Shown: positions 12,732 to 26,113 of the stretch, piece after piece
How the letters are laid out: the number at the start of each line of letters is the position of its first letter
How positions within the stretch are numbered: position 1 is the stretch's first letter
Assembly: GCF_964355755.1 (NCBI RefSeq)
Contig: NC_092673.1
Coordinates: forward strand, 34,407,648-34,471,647
Origin: Antedon mediterranea
Taxonomy: Eukaryota; Animalia; Echinodermata
DNA: 64,000 nucleotides
Direction: 5' to 3'
Translations under genes and position numbers: made by a program
The notes under the pieces: model-generated
Seen by the model: the letters and a program-made list of their open reading frames with translations, nothing else
What the model was told of the DNA's origin: nothing
The model's database searches: none

Positions 12732-13331
12732 CCCATCCTATATAAAATCCTTGATCTCCTACTGCCCATGGTTGTGCCCATCCTATTTAAATTCTTGATC
12801 TCCCACTGCCCATGGTTGTGCCCATCCTATTTAAATTCTTGATCTCCCACTGTCCATGGTTGTGCCCATCCTATTTAAATTCTTGATCTCCCCTGCCCAT
12901 GGTTGTGCCCATCCTATTTAAATTCTTGATCTCCCCTGCCCATGGTTGTGCCCATCCTATTTAAATCCTTGATCTCCCCTGCACATGGTTGTGTCCATCC
13001 TATTTAAATCCTTGATCTCCCCTGCCCATGGTTGTGCCCATCCTATTTAAATCCTTGATCTCCCACTGCCCATGGTTGTGCCCATCCTATTTAAATTCTT
13101 GATCTCCACTGCCCATGGTTGTGCCCATCCTATTTAAATCCTTGATCTCCCCTGCCCATGGTTGTGCCCATCCTATTTAAATTCTTGATCTCCCCTGCCC
13201 ATGGTTGTGCCCATCCTATTTAAATTCTTGATCTCCCCTGCCCATGGTTGTGCCCATCCTATTTAAATTCTTGATCTCCCCTGCCCATGGTTGTGCCCAT
13301 CCTATTTAAATTCTTGATCTCCCCTGCCCAT
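12732..13331. repeat. 43/44-bp minisatellite x ~14
   Basis: Unit cccatcctatttaaattcttgatctcccctgcccatggttgtg. Confidence 0.95.
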
Positions 13332-14176
13332 AGTGTGTGAGTGATATATAGCCAACGATATAGAATGTATATTATCTAATTAAGTTTATTGCAAAACTAA
13401 AATAAATAAATTATGGAAACTTCATTATGCCATCAATAGATTATGAAATATTGCTATAACGTAATACAAATCAAAGGATCGTGATAAATAGTATAACACT
13501 AGGCTATTCTCATTCAGTATTCTGTTACACGCTAAACAGACATACACATTATTTATTCTCTAAATAGCTATGCTACTAACATTAATCTTAGTATATTATG
13601 GAGTTTTATAATTGAAAAGATAGATTTAATGCTGGATACTAATGTACAGTAATTGAGCACGGTATCGTTACACGGCGCCTGCATTAATACTTTTAAAACA
13701 ATCTGTACAGACAATTAAATTAAATGATGTCATTGGGCAAGTCAAACAAGCAATTATGCTCTTATAGCAACAGGGTTTATTTCCATGAAGGTTTTAAAAC
13801 TTCAAAAACGTCACAATGTAGGCCTACATTGAATCAATATTTGATTAACATTTAAACATGTTATTTAAAAGTTTACGTTAACCTGAATTGTAATCCTTTC
13901 TTATGGAACTGTATTGCTACGTTTAAACATTGTTTGGCCAAAACCTTTGCAATAACACTGATAACAAAAACAATAAAAACTTCGACAGCGACAGCAAAAA
14001 GAAAGGCAATTGTTTGTCGTTTATATATCGTAATTTATTTACACTCTTGTTATCATATTTTGTCCAGTAGTGCAAGTAATTTCCTTGCAGGAGGATGAAA
14101 TAAATAATTGAATCTTGTTAATTTGTTTTTTCTTAAAAGGGTTATAAGAGAGATTTTGATAAATTTCGATGACTAA

Positions 14177-14270
14177 GTTTTATCTATACTATCAAACTAG
14201 TTTGACCAAATTTGTAGTATGGGAATATCAGATGTTTTGTTACATAAAGTTTGATAGTATAGACAGAGTT
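14177..14270. mobile_element. Short MITE (Harbinger-like); related copies at ~10803-10922, ~11835 and 18297-18440
   Basis: TIR tctatactatcaaact...agtttgatagtataga. The same ctacactatcaaa head occurs in the other copies. Confidence 0.6.
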
Positions 14271-15414
14271 GTACAGTCGTCAACCGGGTAACTATTATAT
14301 AGTAATACACACATTATTTCCCTATATAAATAGGATTGTTCTTTATTATATGTACTGTTTCCTTGTTTGTATAAATACGATTGGATATAGACCAGCTACC
14401 AAACGGGCTAAAACTAAAATCACTTAATGCAAGATGTGTTACATGGTTATAAGATTAAGAACTATGCCTTTTCCGAAAGTAAACTAAACAAAAAATGAAT
14501 TCACATTGCTATTATGTGGTTCTGCACTAGTTATATCAAACATTAGTCTTATTTATTTCTTTTTTATGTCATTCCACACGCCGTCGTTTTTATTCATACT
14601 CCAGTAATACACGTATGAAACGCCATATATGCAAAAATATTTATATTTTTACTAATATTAAGACAAAACTCCGTCTGGAGCCCAGACTAATCAAACATAC
14701 GCATGACTAATGTGTGTAAAGAGATAATACAGACATACATAAGGTAGGCCTAGGCCTGCACTTACGATGTCACAACTGATATTCTATAGAATATTATGCC
14801 GGGTTCAATGGTGCATTTCAGATCACGTAAGCATTACTAAACATTACAATTATTGTATTTTGCCATCTTTTAAATTTGACGAAAATAAAACTATCGCGAA
14901 AAAAGGGCGAGAATAGACAATATCGCTAACATTTAGGACCGTGAAATAAAGAGCAGTTAAACATTATTGATATCCAATCAATCAAATCACATTCAATAAA
15001 ATATTACAAGTGTCGTACGATGTATTGTCGTATGAAATGACATGCCCTGGAAACCGAGCCCTAATGAATCATCATCGCCTTTATTACTTTCATCACCGTT
15101 TTCATCATCCTTCTTACAATTCCAGGGGCGAAACCAGGGATTTTTAACAAAATTATATTGACAACTTTAAGACAAAAAACCTCATCAATTTTAGGGTTGT
15201 CCGGTTGCTCTTTGCACAACAATACAATAAAAAAAAGGGAATATTGTGTGTGTATTTTCTAGTGAAATTTTAAGTCTAAAATGTAACTCAACCATGTTTC
15301 ATAGTAATACACAAGTAGCTGGTGCTCGAATAGCTCACGAATCATGTCATACGCACGCCGAATTATTATTTATTTATTATTGTACAAAAATTCGTTATGC
15401 GTAATTATCTCGCA

Positions 15415-15778
15415 GGAATACGTACGTAACATATACCGCGCATACCGGAATACGTAACGTATACCGCATATACCGGAATACGTAACGTATACGTACGGTA
15501 ACGTATACCGGAATACATAACGTATACTGGAATACGTAATGTATACGTACGGTATACAGGGTATACCGGAATACGTAACGTATATCGTATACACCGAAAT
15601 ACGTAACGTATACGTACGGTAACGTATACCGCGTATACCGGAATACGTAACGTATACCGGAATACATAACGTATACTGGAATACTTAACGTATACGTATA
15701 CAGCGTATACCGGAATTTGTAAAGTATACCGGAATACGTAACGTATACCGGAAAACGTAACGTATACCGGAATACGTT
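15415..15778. repeat. Compound CpG-rich minisatellite (ataccggaatacgtaacgt variants)
   Basis: Direct tandem periodicity, which explains the spurious Y/V/R-rich ORFs. Confidence 0.9.
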
Positions 15779-18700
15779 TTAAACATTCAAGTATTGTTCA
15801 CTGTTGGTATAGGCATGATCTTAGTAGGCCACTGCTGTTGTTATTCAAGTTGATACAATTAACTTTTTATTTTGTACTTAATTTACGGAACGGCCAAATG
15901 TCCAAACGGCCAAATGTCCATTTTATGCACAGAACAAATAAAACCAAATTGAATTGAATGATATTTCGATTCGTGATAATCGATTATCTTGACGAGTAAA
16001 CACGATAGTATCAGTTCATAAAAATAATCATAATTCATTTTTTTAAAGCTATGATTAATAACATTATGAATTATAAATTGAAAATCATTGTCAAGTCACA
16101 TTAAGTGTCAAACCAGGTTTCTTTAACTATGAATTATACATTAGTATGAGTTAAATCCAAATCCGTTTTTCTGAAATTTAGCGACATTTTTGCGAATAAA
16201 AAAGCGTAACTAATCATAGCATAGGAAATGCGTTGTCACGTGAGCATAGGAAATGCGTTGTCACGTGAGCATCCAGCACACTATCGAAAAACACAGCGAT
16301 TCACTTTTTATAAACGGGTAGAAGTATTTAATTTGTCTTTTTTTTTATGTTAGTTCACCACTCGGTGTTTCAATTTTTTTGTGTCTGGAAAATATGTGAT
16401 GTGAGCCTCTCAAGACGTATTATACGTATGAAACGCAATATGTGCCAAAATATTACCCTTTAAGTTTTACTAATATTAAGTCGAAACACAGTCTAGAACC
16501 CAGATTAATAAAATGGTAGCGCAAATGTTTTTTCTGCGATTACACTGGATTCGCGCGAATTTTTTTGGAAAACAGGTTTTAGAGCTTTCTAATTTGGTCT
16601 AGAGAGTAGAGAGGGTAATCATACTGTCAGCCGTGGATAATCTAAAAGGCTTAGTCCGTTTTATAATATAAATTCATCATGAAAGATTTATAACTTCTTA
16701 AGGTTGAACGTATTCCAACTAAGGATTCTCACGATCGTGTTGACAAGTTAGGCCTATGTATCTTATCTTACAAAATATTATCTTGAACTGAACAATAGTG
16801 GGCTACATTGCTAATGTATCACTCAGATAAACGCTCTCCTTGATTCAGATAATACGGAACTTAGATAATTGATCGGACGTGATTGGAAACATACCGTGGT
16901 AGTATTTATTTTGTTAGTTTGTTATAATACAGACATTCCAAGAAAAGAAACAGACTACAATTGTTCTTGCATAAGTACCGAAATATTACAACTTTCGGCT
17001 TGAAAGTGAACATTTTAGAACCGAACGCCAAAACCAACACCGTATCTAAAAGCCAACCAAGAGACACTAATTTGAGTAGACCTCTAGATATGACACAGAA
17101 CAATATGATTTAACATGACGTGGTATATTAATGAACAAAATAGTTGCCAAGTCATCGCCATTATCACAAGTCAACCACATTAATAAGTCCAATGACAACA
17201 TTGCTGGTATTTTGTTAACCGAATCAACGACAATGAATCGCTGTATTCGTACAAAGGCCTACCTTCATATTTTACTAATCATTTACTAAAATAATCGTCA
17301 GTTCATGTTGCTCCGACGTATTAAAATATATGTTTTACCTATGCCAAATACATTAACATTTTAATTAAACAAGGCACTTTACAAACTTTTAGGCTAGGAT
17401 GTGTTCATCATTCCCAAAAGAAATACAATTCACTTACCCTAACGTCATGGTTCTTCCTGCTATCTTCAATCGTCTGCCCACACTTATACATAATCCACAA
17501 CATTATAACACAGATTTAAAACTGAAAATATATTCCAACAAAAAGTACATAAATAAGAAACTTCGGGTAATCAAAATCTTCTATAGTTGTTGCTTTTAGT
17601 TTCCTAAAATGTTGATTAATTTCGTAGCGTTATATTAAGATACATCCACAGTTAGTAATCGTTGTCTTGTTCACTTGCATCCCAAGCCGCATGCCAGATT
17701 GCTTGTACAGGTGTGTCTCAATCATTTGCATACATATTACTAACTTAACGACATCTATATACTATCGGCGAAAGGTGATAAATGAAATTATTAAAATATA
17801 TTTTGTTAAATATCAAACTGAAAAAATCTTCTTAATCTTACTGTACGATAAATATTTGTATTATAGAAGATTTAATATTTCCTTTTTTATTAGGCTATAT
17901 AAACTTACTTCCTCTTCGTTCTGGTGGCCTAGTCTTTAAATTTTGTTCTGTTTACTCTCCGCAACCTTTATTGTTAAGTTTCAGATATCTTAACGATTTC
18001 TACTTTTGAATAGAACCGTACTTTAGTTGAATAGATGACGAGAAGAGCAGAGGTAGTCTTTATTCACTGCAATGGCCAACGTCATCGTTTTCAAAACCAC
18101 TCAAGGAACCCTCTTTTTCAATGATGTGGTTGGTGTCTTGGTTTCAGCTACTACTGCCAATCAGACTCTATGTGGTAGTTTAAAGGTCTTCATGACCGGC
18201 ACCACAACTCAATGAAGTATGTTTGCCCTGAAGTAGTAGCCTACATAGTTTCTGCAGCCACTGTGGTCAATATGATCAGTCTCGCGGCTTTTGTAAAGCT
18301 CTGTCTACACTATCAAAGTCTATGTGACAAAAAAATGTGGTGTTCCTATGAACACGATGATGTCATATCACTACCATTTGGGCATATCACTACCATATTT
18401 GGGCATATCACTACCATTTGGGCATATCACTACCATATTTGCCGTTATCTTGATGTACCGTAATCTATTTAATTGTTATATTTCTATTTAATTATTTGTT
18501 CATTTGAGAAAGATTGAAATCATTTGTAGAGTTTGTGTTTGCAGAGTGTAGTCTAATAAGATTAATATTATAATAAAAAGAATTAATACAAATCTGATCT
18601 ATTATTTACAGAAATGATCGTCCGATACGGCGTAATGGAAATTGTGCACCAAGTTTGTTGGTTTATAGGTAAACAATCGTGATAGTAATAGCGGAGTAGT

Positions 18701-19084
18701 TTTCCCGATCACGCGCCGGTTCCATAGTACACACACAAAAGCTTTTAAATCGCGAGATAGATTTTTATACGACCACTATTACTTCACAATAATCAGTCAT
18801 AAAACACAATACCCGTGCTTGATGCGCAAAGCGAGGGTATTTTCTTTAACATCGGGTATACCAATTATTATTTTACAATTTCAACAATAAAAACAAACTT
18901 GACACAACACCATAATGACAAATGACGATAAAAATATATCATGATACATAAGTGCAGTTTTAATTAAGCAGTAATACTGTATACAAGCAGGGCAGGTTAC
19001 ATACAAAATGAACGTGAAAGCCATCGATTGCCCATTGGTTAATACACCTACAATATATATTATCATACAATAAATCATAGATTA

Positions 19085-19560
19085 AGCCTGGTTCCCACTT
19101 GGACGCAATACAAGCACGTAGACGCAACACAAGCGTATTGACCAATGACAAGCGACAGTGCGAATAATCAATCGCTTGTGATTGGTCAACTCACTCAGGC
19201 CTACGTTGCGTTACGTCCCTGTGTTGCGTCTCTAGTGGGAATCAAGCATAAATCGTGTTTCTTACTAGGACGCAACGCAAGCAAGTTGGCAAATCAAAGG
19301 CGAAAACTCTGATAATCCATCGCTTGTGATTGCCTCCTAGTGGGAACCAAACATTAAACTTGGTTCCCATAGAGACGCAACAAAAGAACGCAACGTAAGT
19401 GGTTAACTCTTTTGCTTTTCTTGCGTTGCGTCTCTAGTGAAAACTATAAGCTTAAGGTAATTTGACCAATCACGACGCGATAGATCATCAAAACTGCTGT
19501 TTGTGATTGGTCGACTCACTCTTGCGTCATCATTGCGCGGCACCGAAGTGTTAACCAAAC
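19085..19560. mobile_element. Cluster of 3-4 abutting Harbinger-like MITEs (agcYtggttcccacta TIR family)
   Basis: TIRs agcctggttcccact / agtgggaatcaagc with TWA flanks and an internal gaccaatcacaagcga motif. Same family as 25580-26113. Confidence 0.7.
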
Positions 19561-21214
19561 TTTATAATTACCGCTGCATTATTATCAACATTTTAAAGCT
19601 GTATTTAATATAATATATTAAAGCAAGTTGGAATAATACTAAACCGTTAATATATTTAAACATTTTTTAATATTAATTCTTATTATTTATAACGATCTTC
19701 CAAGAAATATTTGATAAAACCTTACAAAATTGATGATACCTTATCGATATAAATCACTTAAATACATGTTTAAAACATAAATATAATATTTCTATCGTAA
19801 TTTATACTTATATATATATATATATGTTATTTTGTTTGCATTTACTCAGTAATATTAGTATTAATTATAAATTCTGCTTTGTATATTGTTTCAAAATGGT
19901 ACGAAGCAAGACATTTCCTAGAAAATAAAATGTTGTTTATACCAAGTTTTCACTAGGTCTTCGTCAATATCGTCCGCATGTTCGTTATATTCTTAGCCCC
20001 AATGACTGGCAACTGGTGTACTTAAATTGACGTAATTATATTTCTATGTGTGGTTACGTCACGTCATTTAATCCTTTTATTTCAGTATTTTTCACTGTCT
20101 CGTCATCTGCCGCATAACACAACTACAAACGTTTGTACAAAGGATTGTTTACAAGAAAAATAATCTTTTCTTGCTGATCATATTTACAATAAAAAATCAG
20201 ATTGAGAATCGATTTTGTTATGACGTCAATGGTGACGACAAATTAAATTCAGAATATTTGTAAACCTTAGATTGTAAAAATAACTTTAAAACTTAATCGT
20301 TTTGTCACTGCATCTTTAAGATAAGTGACGTCATAATGACGTATTTAAAAATATTGACATCACTAATTTAACAAATTATCAGATTATTATTTAGATTGTG
20401 GGTGGGGAGTTGACCAATCGCGACGCGATGGATCATCCGAACTGTCCATTGCGGCCCATTACGATTTACGTACACCACTTGCATACCTATTTCTTGGATG
20501 CCCCCTATAATAAACAGGACTTACACCGTAACTTTTACACTTACGGTGAATACATTTTGTATCAAGTATTTATACATTTATATTTATACTACTACATCAG
20601 CATAATTGTTTGTCGTCCGCATCATCACTTCTTGTCAGCAAATAACCACCAACATCGTAAACGATTATTTATATCTTCAGGTAGGCCCACATCTGGGCCT
20701 ACATCGTAACATCTAGGTCTAGATCTAGCCATACCTGTTATTAGCTTTAGCGTGAGTTGAATACCACAGGGATAATACATCATCACCGACAGAACCATAA
20801 CATTTCATGACACCACATTTATCAATTTACGTTCTAGTTACGTTTAACTTTATGATTCTAGAAATGGCAAGAAATAACTTTAAAAGTCAATAATAGAAAC
20901 TTTTCGATTCGCGATTTAACACTAAAAAACATTGGAAACAACCAAGTAGGCCTATATAAAACCACTGCGATTGTGTAGAATTTGTTTGATGACGACGACT
21001 GCTCATGACATCTGCTGAAATGGACGCATATTTACAGCTAGTCGGCGCGCGGAATCACGCGTCATGCGTTCGATACGCTCTGTTGCGTCGTAGTTTTTGA
21101 TGTCACGCAAATGATAAGTCCCTAATGTCGATTCAGATGATGTCGGAACAAGACAGTAATAAAAATGCCAAGATCATGTAAATCATAACCAAGATAGTTA
21201 TGAGAAATATTGGT

Positions 21215-21408
21215 CAATTTACACAGAGGAGCGGTCACTAACGGTAAGCGGAAAAGCGCGAGCTTTTCGTAAAATCTGTTTCTACACTCAGCGGCTTTCC
21301 GCTCAACAGCCCGTCCACAACGCGTTCTGTGTAAATTATCGTAAGAAAAACGTAGATTCTATATTTTTGTTTTCCGCTTAATTACGCCCGTCTGTGTAAA
21401 TTCGTCTT
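21215..21408. mobile_element. MITE
   Basis: aatttacacaga...aagcggaaaa mirrored by ttttccgctt...tctgtgtaaatt. Confidence 0.5.
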
Positions 21409-21884
21409 TATGAATAAATATTAAATCTAAATCTACACATTATTTTGTGCATGTCGAAATCAGAAGAAAAAAAAATAAAAAGAATGTAGGGCCTATTCCA
21501 TGTAGGAATATTATTATTTATGATGACAGAGTATAGTAGATAATTCATGCTCTAGTAAATTTCATGGAAATTATAAAAAGAACAATAAAAAAAATACGAG
21601 CTACACAACTGGATGGTATCCAGCAAGATGGTAATAAAAGTATTGATCTCTCTCTCCAATCACAAACTAACAAGTCCAGTTTTACGCGGCTCTTGGCGAG
21701 CGTTCCAGTTTATACATTACTCCAAAATTCCCACTGCGCAGTCTCAGTTCAAAGGGCACTTTAGAAAGCACTTAAGTGCTCAACCGTTATTATTGATTTA
21801 CTCCAGATACCATCTAAGTTATAAAGACTATATATCGATCTTAAAAAATGGACATGCATTGAACAGAGACCATATTTGTAAGAA

Positions 21885-23209
21885 CTAGATGGTACGCTCG
21901 CTTCGCTCGCGTACCATCTAGGTCGTGCCCACAGATGGTTCTCGAATACACAGTAATTTCAGCGTAACAAAACTGGCGATTTCAAATGTACGTACCGCAG
22001 GACTATAGGCCTATACATTGTCGTTTACAGAAACGAATAAATAGACACGATGATTTATGTAGTCAACTAAAATTAGCACCCTGGGAATTACTTCCGAAGG
22101 AGAAACTTATCACAAAATGAGTCCAAGTTTTTGATTTGAACTCATTTAAAGAAACCCAATTTGTGTTTTGTATGTAACATTAGGGTTGAGGGATGGGAAA
22201 GCGGATAGGTACAAAGAGGAACAATTTTTAAATATATTCTTTATCCACTCAGTAACGAAATATTTTTTTCATGTTTTATAGGCCTATAAATAATATACCT
22301 CTAAATACAGTAAAACATTTGCGATTTAATACTTTTTTTATTTTATTTATTTATTTATTTATTTTAAATATTCATTGTACACTAATTTTCCCCGTGTATG
22401 GCAAGAGATTCCTAATTATATTAGAGAACATTCTTTATTTAGTTTAGTTAAAACTGTCACTGTCATAATCGATTGAAATATTAAAGTACCATGTCACGAT
22501 ACACCACTACGACGTTTATATTTGGTAATTATTAATTAATACAAACGTTGAGAAAGAACTGTCAGTATAAAGTTTATTTGTATATAATAATGTGTTTATA
22601 TATCTAACAGTAGAGCCTATCCACAATCTCGCAAGTTTATTCTCAAAGGGCCCATATATTTACCTACCGTATGTGTTAAACCAAGGGCTCATAAATTTAC
22701 CTACAGTACTTGTGTTAAACCAAACTCTGGCAGACTGAGAGATTGGGATGTTCCATTCATCGCAAATCAATAGATTTGTATAATCGTATATTAAATCTAT
22801 CAAAATAGTATTTTTTAAAGAAAATCGGCCTGTCTTCAACATTATGATGGTGTACTCTAGCTGTTCAACCGGTTTTCAGCTATTAAAAACAATTATCGTA
22901 GGAGGAGATAGGAAAATGCGAAGCCTCCTCGCATTTTTGTGGCGGGTATTTTTCAAGATGGACATCCATTAGACAGTGTATACCACGATCGGAAAACACC
23001 CCTATTTGGGGCAAATCTTGGAACCTAAATTCGTTTTAACCGTCAATAACTTATTATCTAACTTAATTTAATTAGTAAACAGGGTTACATCAGGTGGTTA
23101 AAATCAGTACCGAAAGTACGAACCAACTTTATATACCATCGAGTAAAAATTCTAGAAGTAAGGCGCGATTTACCGAATTTTGCCCTTACGTAAATTTATA
23201 TATAGAAGA
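21885..23209 (-). mobile_element. Non-autonomous Helitron
   Basis: On the minus strand it starts TCTTCTATATATAAA and ends with a GC-rich hairpin (13-bp stem 21885-21897 / 21909-21921, gcgaagc loop) and terminal CTAG followed by T. No TSD. Confidence 0.75.
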
Positions 23210-24249
23210 CATATAAATCAAAGATGATGCAAAAATGTGTAAAAAAACAACACTATATAATAATTATGATTGCGTGTACTACCATTTTATAATTATTATC
23301 TGATTAGAATCATTATCATTCAAATCAGTTTTATCACCATTGTTTAAGCTGTCGTCGTCATCGTTGGCTATTCATCTCTATATCGAAATACAATTCCTTC
23401 TGTTTAGTCTATTTAGAACTCAGCATCCATTTGCCCATCACTGTCACTTCGACCATCATCGTAATAATTTCGTCAGCAGTTATTCAAATTACAAAAGTCT
23501 AGTCGTCAGTCATCTACATACATTGGCGACGGAGACGAAGAACAAACGTTAAATCTACCAAATATCATCCCGATGAAAGTAACGGATCATAATGAGGTTA
23601 TACGCATGCGCAGATTAATCGTGTAAAATTCACGTCTCTTTCATCTACCGCCCCCAAGCGAAAGTGTACAGTTTACTAATACTTACAAAGTACAGAGTTT
23701 AAAGAATCTCGTAACAAATGCAATTGAGAAACCTAACAATCCAGATATATAGACACGGTCTTTCAATTTTCTTTCGTTCTTCTGACAGACTTTGAAGCTC
23801 AGAAGCTTCGGACGGACTCATTACAAAGCAAGATCATTCTACTCCTTCCGGATTGTTTACCAGTCACTCTTCCATGTTACCAACAAAAGCGTTAGGATAC
23901 GAGTTTCTCAAAGATACCAAAATAGGTATACAATAATAATACAAGGCATTGTATTAAAGGCTTTTATACATTATAAACTTATTCTTATTCCATCTATAGG
24001 TTAACAATATTATAAATAGATATAATTTCTCTCTAATTTTCTCCTCTTTTAAAAAATAGTTTGTGCAGGGAAACATATCATTGACAAGAAAATAAACAAT
24101 GTTCCTTATAACCTTACGCTTACAAAAGATTCAACTTTAATTCCATGTTAAAACCAATTCCTCTTCCCATTTATTCGATTTCACTGTTCACACACTGCTG
24201 GCGTTCACTCCGCTGGCGTTCACTCACAAGCGTAGAATCTGCTTGAAAG

Positions 24250-25439
24250 TTAAACCTGATCTACCTGGCTCCTTCGACTTGGTAGACTTGATGGATACGA
24301 TGACGTCGAACGGAAATGACGATTATGTCTGCGGTTTTTTATTGGTTTGCCGCAACAAACCGCTTGAAACGCTGCTCGAAATTTTGACGAAATGGCGTTG
24401 TACAGTATTGGGTTAATGGCAGAGTTCAGATACACCATTACTCGTGAAAATATGACGATTCCGTAAAATCCAAAAGGTCCCAGTGTTGGTATGACAGACG
24501 TAGGGCTAATCATGAACCATAAGTTGAGCGTACGAAACGGTAACCAACAGATAAAAAAAGAAATTACCACACAGATCAACATAAACACAATTCGTATGTG
24601 GTGTTGACGCTGGTACGACGCGTTTGACGACGTTTTGCAAACGCCATTTCGCGTTAACTTTGCAAGAAACGACTTTGCTTCTGGACTCGTTTTGTTATCA
24701 ATAATTTGAGAAAGTCGTCTTTCAGAAGAAGACGTTTCGTCGGACGGATATTCAGAAAGTGCTTCTGTTTCATTAATACAAACAGAATTTTTCCCAAAAC
24801 CATTAAATTTAACATTTCCATTGCTATTAGTGTTTGTATGGGAAACTTCTCGAATGAGTTTTTCTCGACTTAATCGTCGGTTTGCGTTCGAAGGGTTGTT
24901 CGCTGAAGCGTAACCATCAACACCACAAATGCCCATCATCCGGAACCCTAAAAACACTGCCATTTCGCGCGTGTCCTTGCCGACGTTCGAATCATCAGCA
25001 ACAGGCTTACTCTTTTTATCTTTAAAAACCTTCTGCTCTCTCATTGATGCTATGAATGCGTCATGTCTCCTCAAAGTGAGTCCTACTTTCGCATAGATTG
25101 TCGACAAAAAGACGACTGGACAGAAGAAAAACAGGATAGGGACAAGAAGGAGATATATTGTTGAAAAGTATTCATTTTCATAAGAGAACGTGCAGGAATA
25201 TCTGGTGTTCCCGGATGAATCAATGCATGGCGTGTGTCTTGACAGAACAAGGTGTGGAACACTACTCAGAAGAGATACGAACCACACAACGATGCACATG
25301 ATAACCGTACGACGTGCTGTACATCGGTAGTTGGCTTTCAGTGGCTTGCAGATGACGTAATAACGTTCCATAGATATAGCCACGTGCGTAAGGATTGTGG
25401 CATGCGCACACGAGTTTTCCATAAAGGATACTATAGTAC
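24250..25439 (-). CDS. Class A GPCR, ETH-receptor-like (GHSR/motilin/NMU-receptor clan), coding exon 2 (TM3-TM7, C-tail)
   Basis: Acceptor gtcttttag|GT at 25440/25439 completes the Cys codon (phase 1). Motifs HATILTHVAISMERYYVICKPLKA, FFICWLPFR, YLNSAINPILYNAISSKFR; stop TAA at 24250. Confidence 0.95.
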
Positions 25440-25579
25440 CTAAAAGACATAAGCATTGACAAAATGTTATTTATTTGCCCATATTGATCCTCTTATGGTA
25501 TCATATCTAAACGACAAAAAACAGTTTCTTGTTGTTAGGCAAGACACCGGGTCGAAGCCCACGTGGATCTGTTCTCTAA

Positions 25580-26113
25580 AGCGTGGTTCCCACTGGCGAC
25601 GCAACGCAAGGACGTAACGCAACGCAAGTGAATTGACCAATCACAAGCGATGGCTTATTCGCTGGTGATTGCTAACTGTCTATAACTTCGCTTGTCATTG
25701 GTTAAAACGCTTGCGTTGCGTTTACGTCCTTGCGTTACGTTCTAGTGGGAATCAAGCTTAAAGCGTGGTTCCCACTAGAACGCAACGCAGCGACGTATTG
25801 CGTAATCACAAGTGGGAACCGACGACGTACAGTGCTGCAAACATCGCATGTTTGATTTCACGCAGAGGGGGAGGGGGGGGGGGGCAAAGACAGTTATTAG
25901 AAGGGCATTTTCTTACCTTGCGTAGGTTGCGTTAAGCTTGGTTCCCACTAGAACGTAACGCAAGGACGTAAACGCAACGCAAGCGTTTTAACCAATGACA
26001 GGCGAAGTAATAGACAGTTAGCAATCACAAGCGAATAAGCCATCGCTTGTGATTGGTCAATTCACTTGCGTTGCGTTACGTCCTTGCGTTGCGTAGCTAG
26101 TGGAAACCACGCT
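25580..26113. mobile_element. Three nested/abutting Harbinger-like MITEs
   Basis: Copy A 25580-25758 is flanked by TAA/TAA. Copy B starts at 25762. Copy C 25935-26113 is an inverted near-identical copy of A inside B (flanks tta/tga). Confidence 0.8.

Noticed and set aside
15370-15667. Tyr/Val/Arg-rich ORFs
   Set aside because: Artefact of translating a minisatellite.
14590-16510. Direct repeats (~14607-14690 and ~16423-16508) as LTRs
   Set aside because: They are short and diverged, with no TG..CA ends, PBS or coding interior; more likely two fragments of a dispersed repeat.
2486-24249. Alternative mutually exclusive 3' exon as in insect ETHR-A/B
   Set aside because: No second TM4-TM7 coding segment is visible downstream or in the intron.
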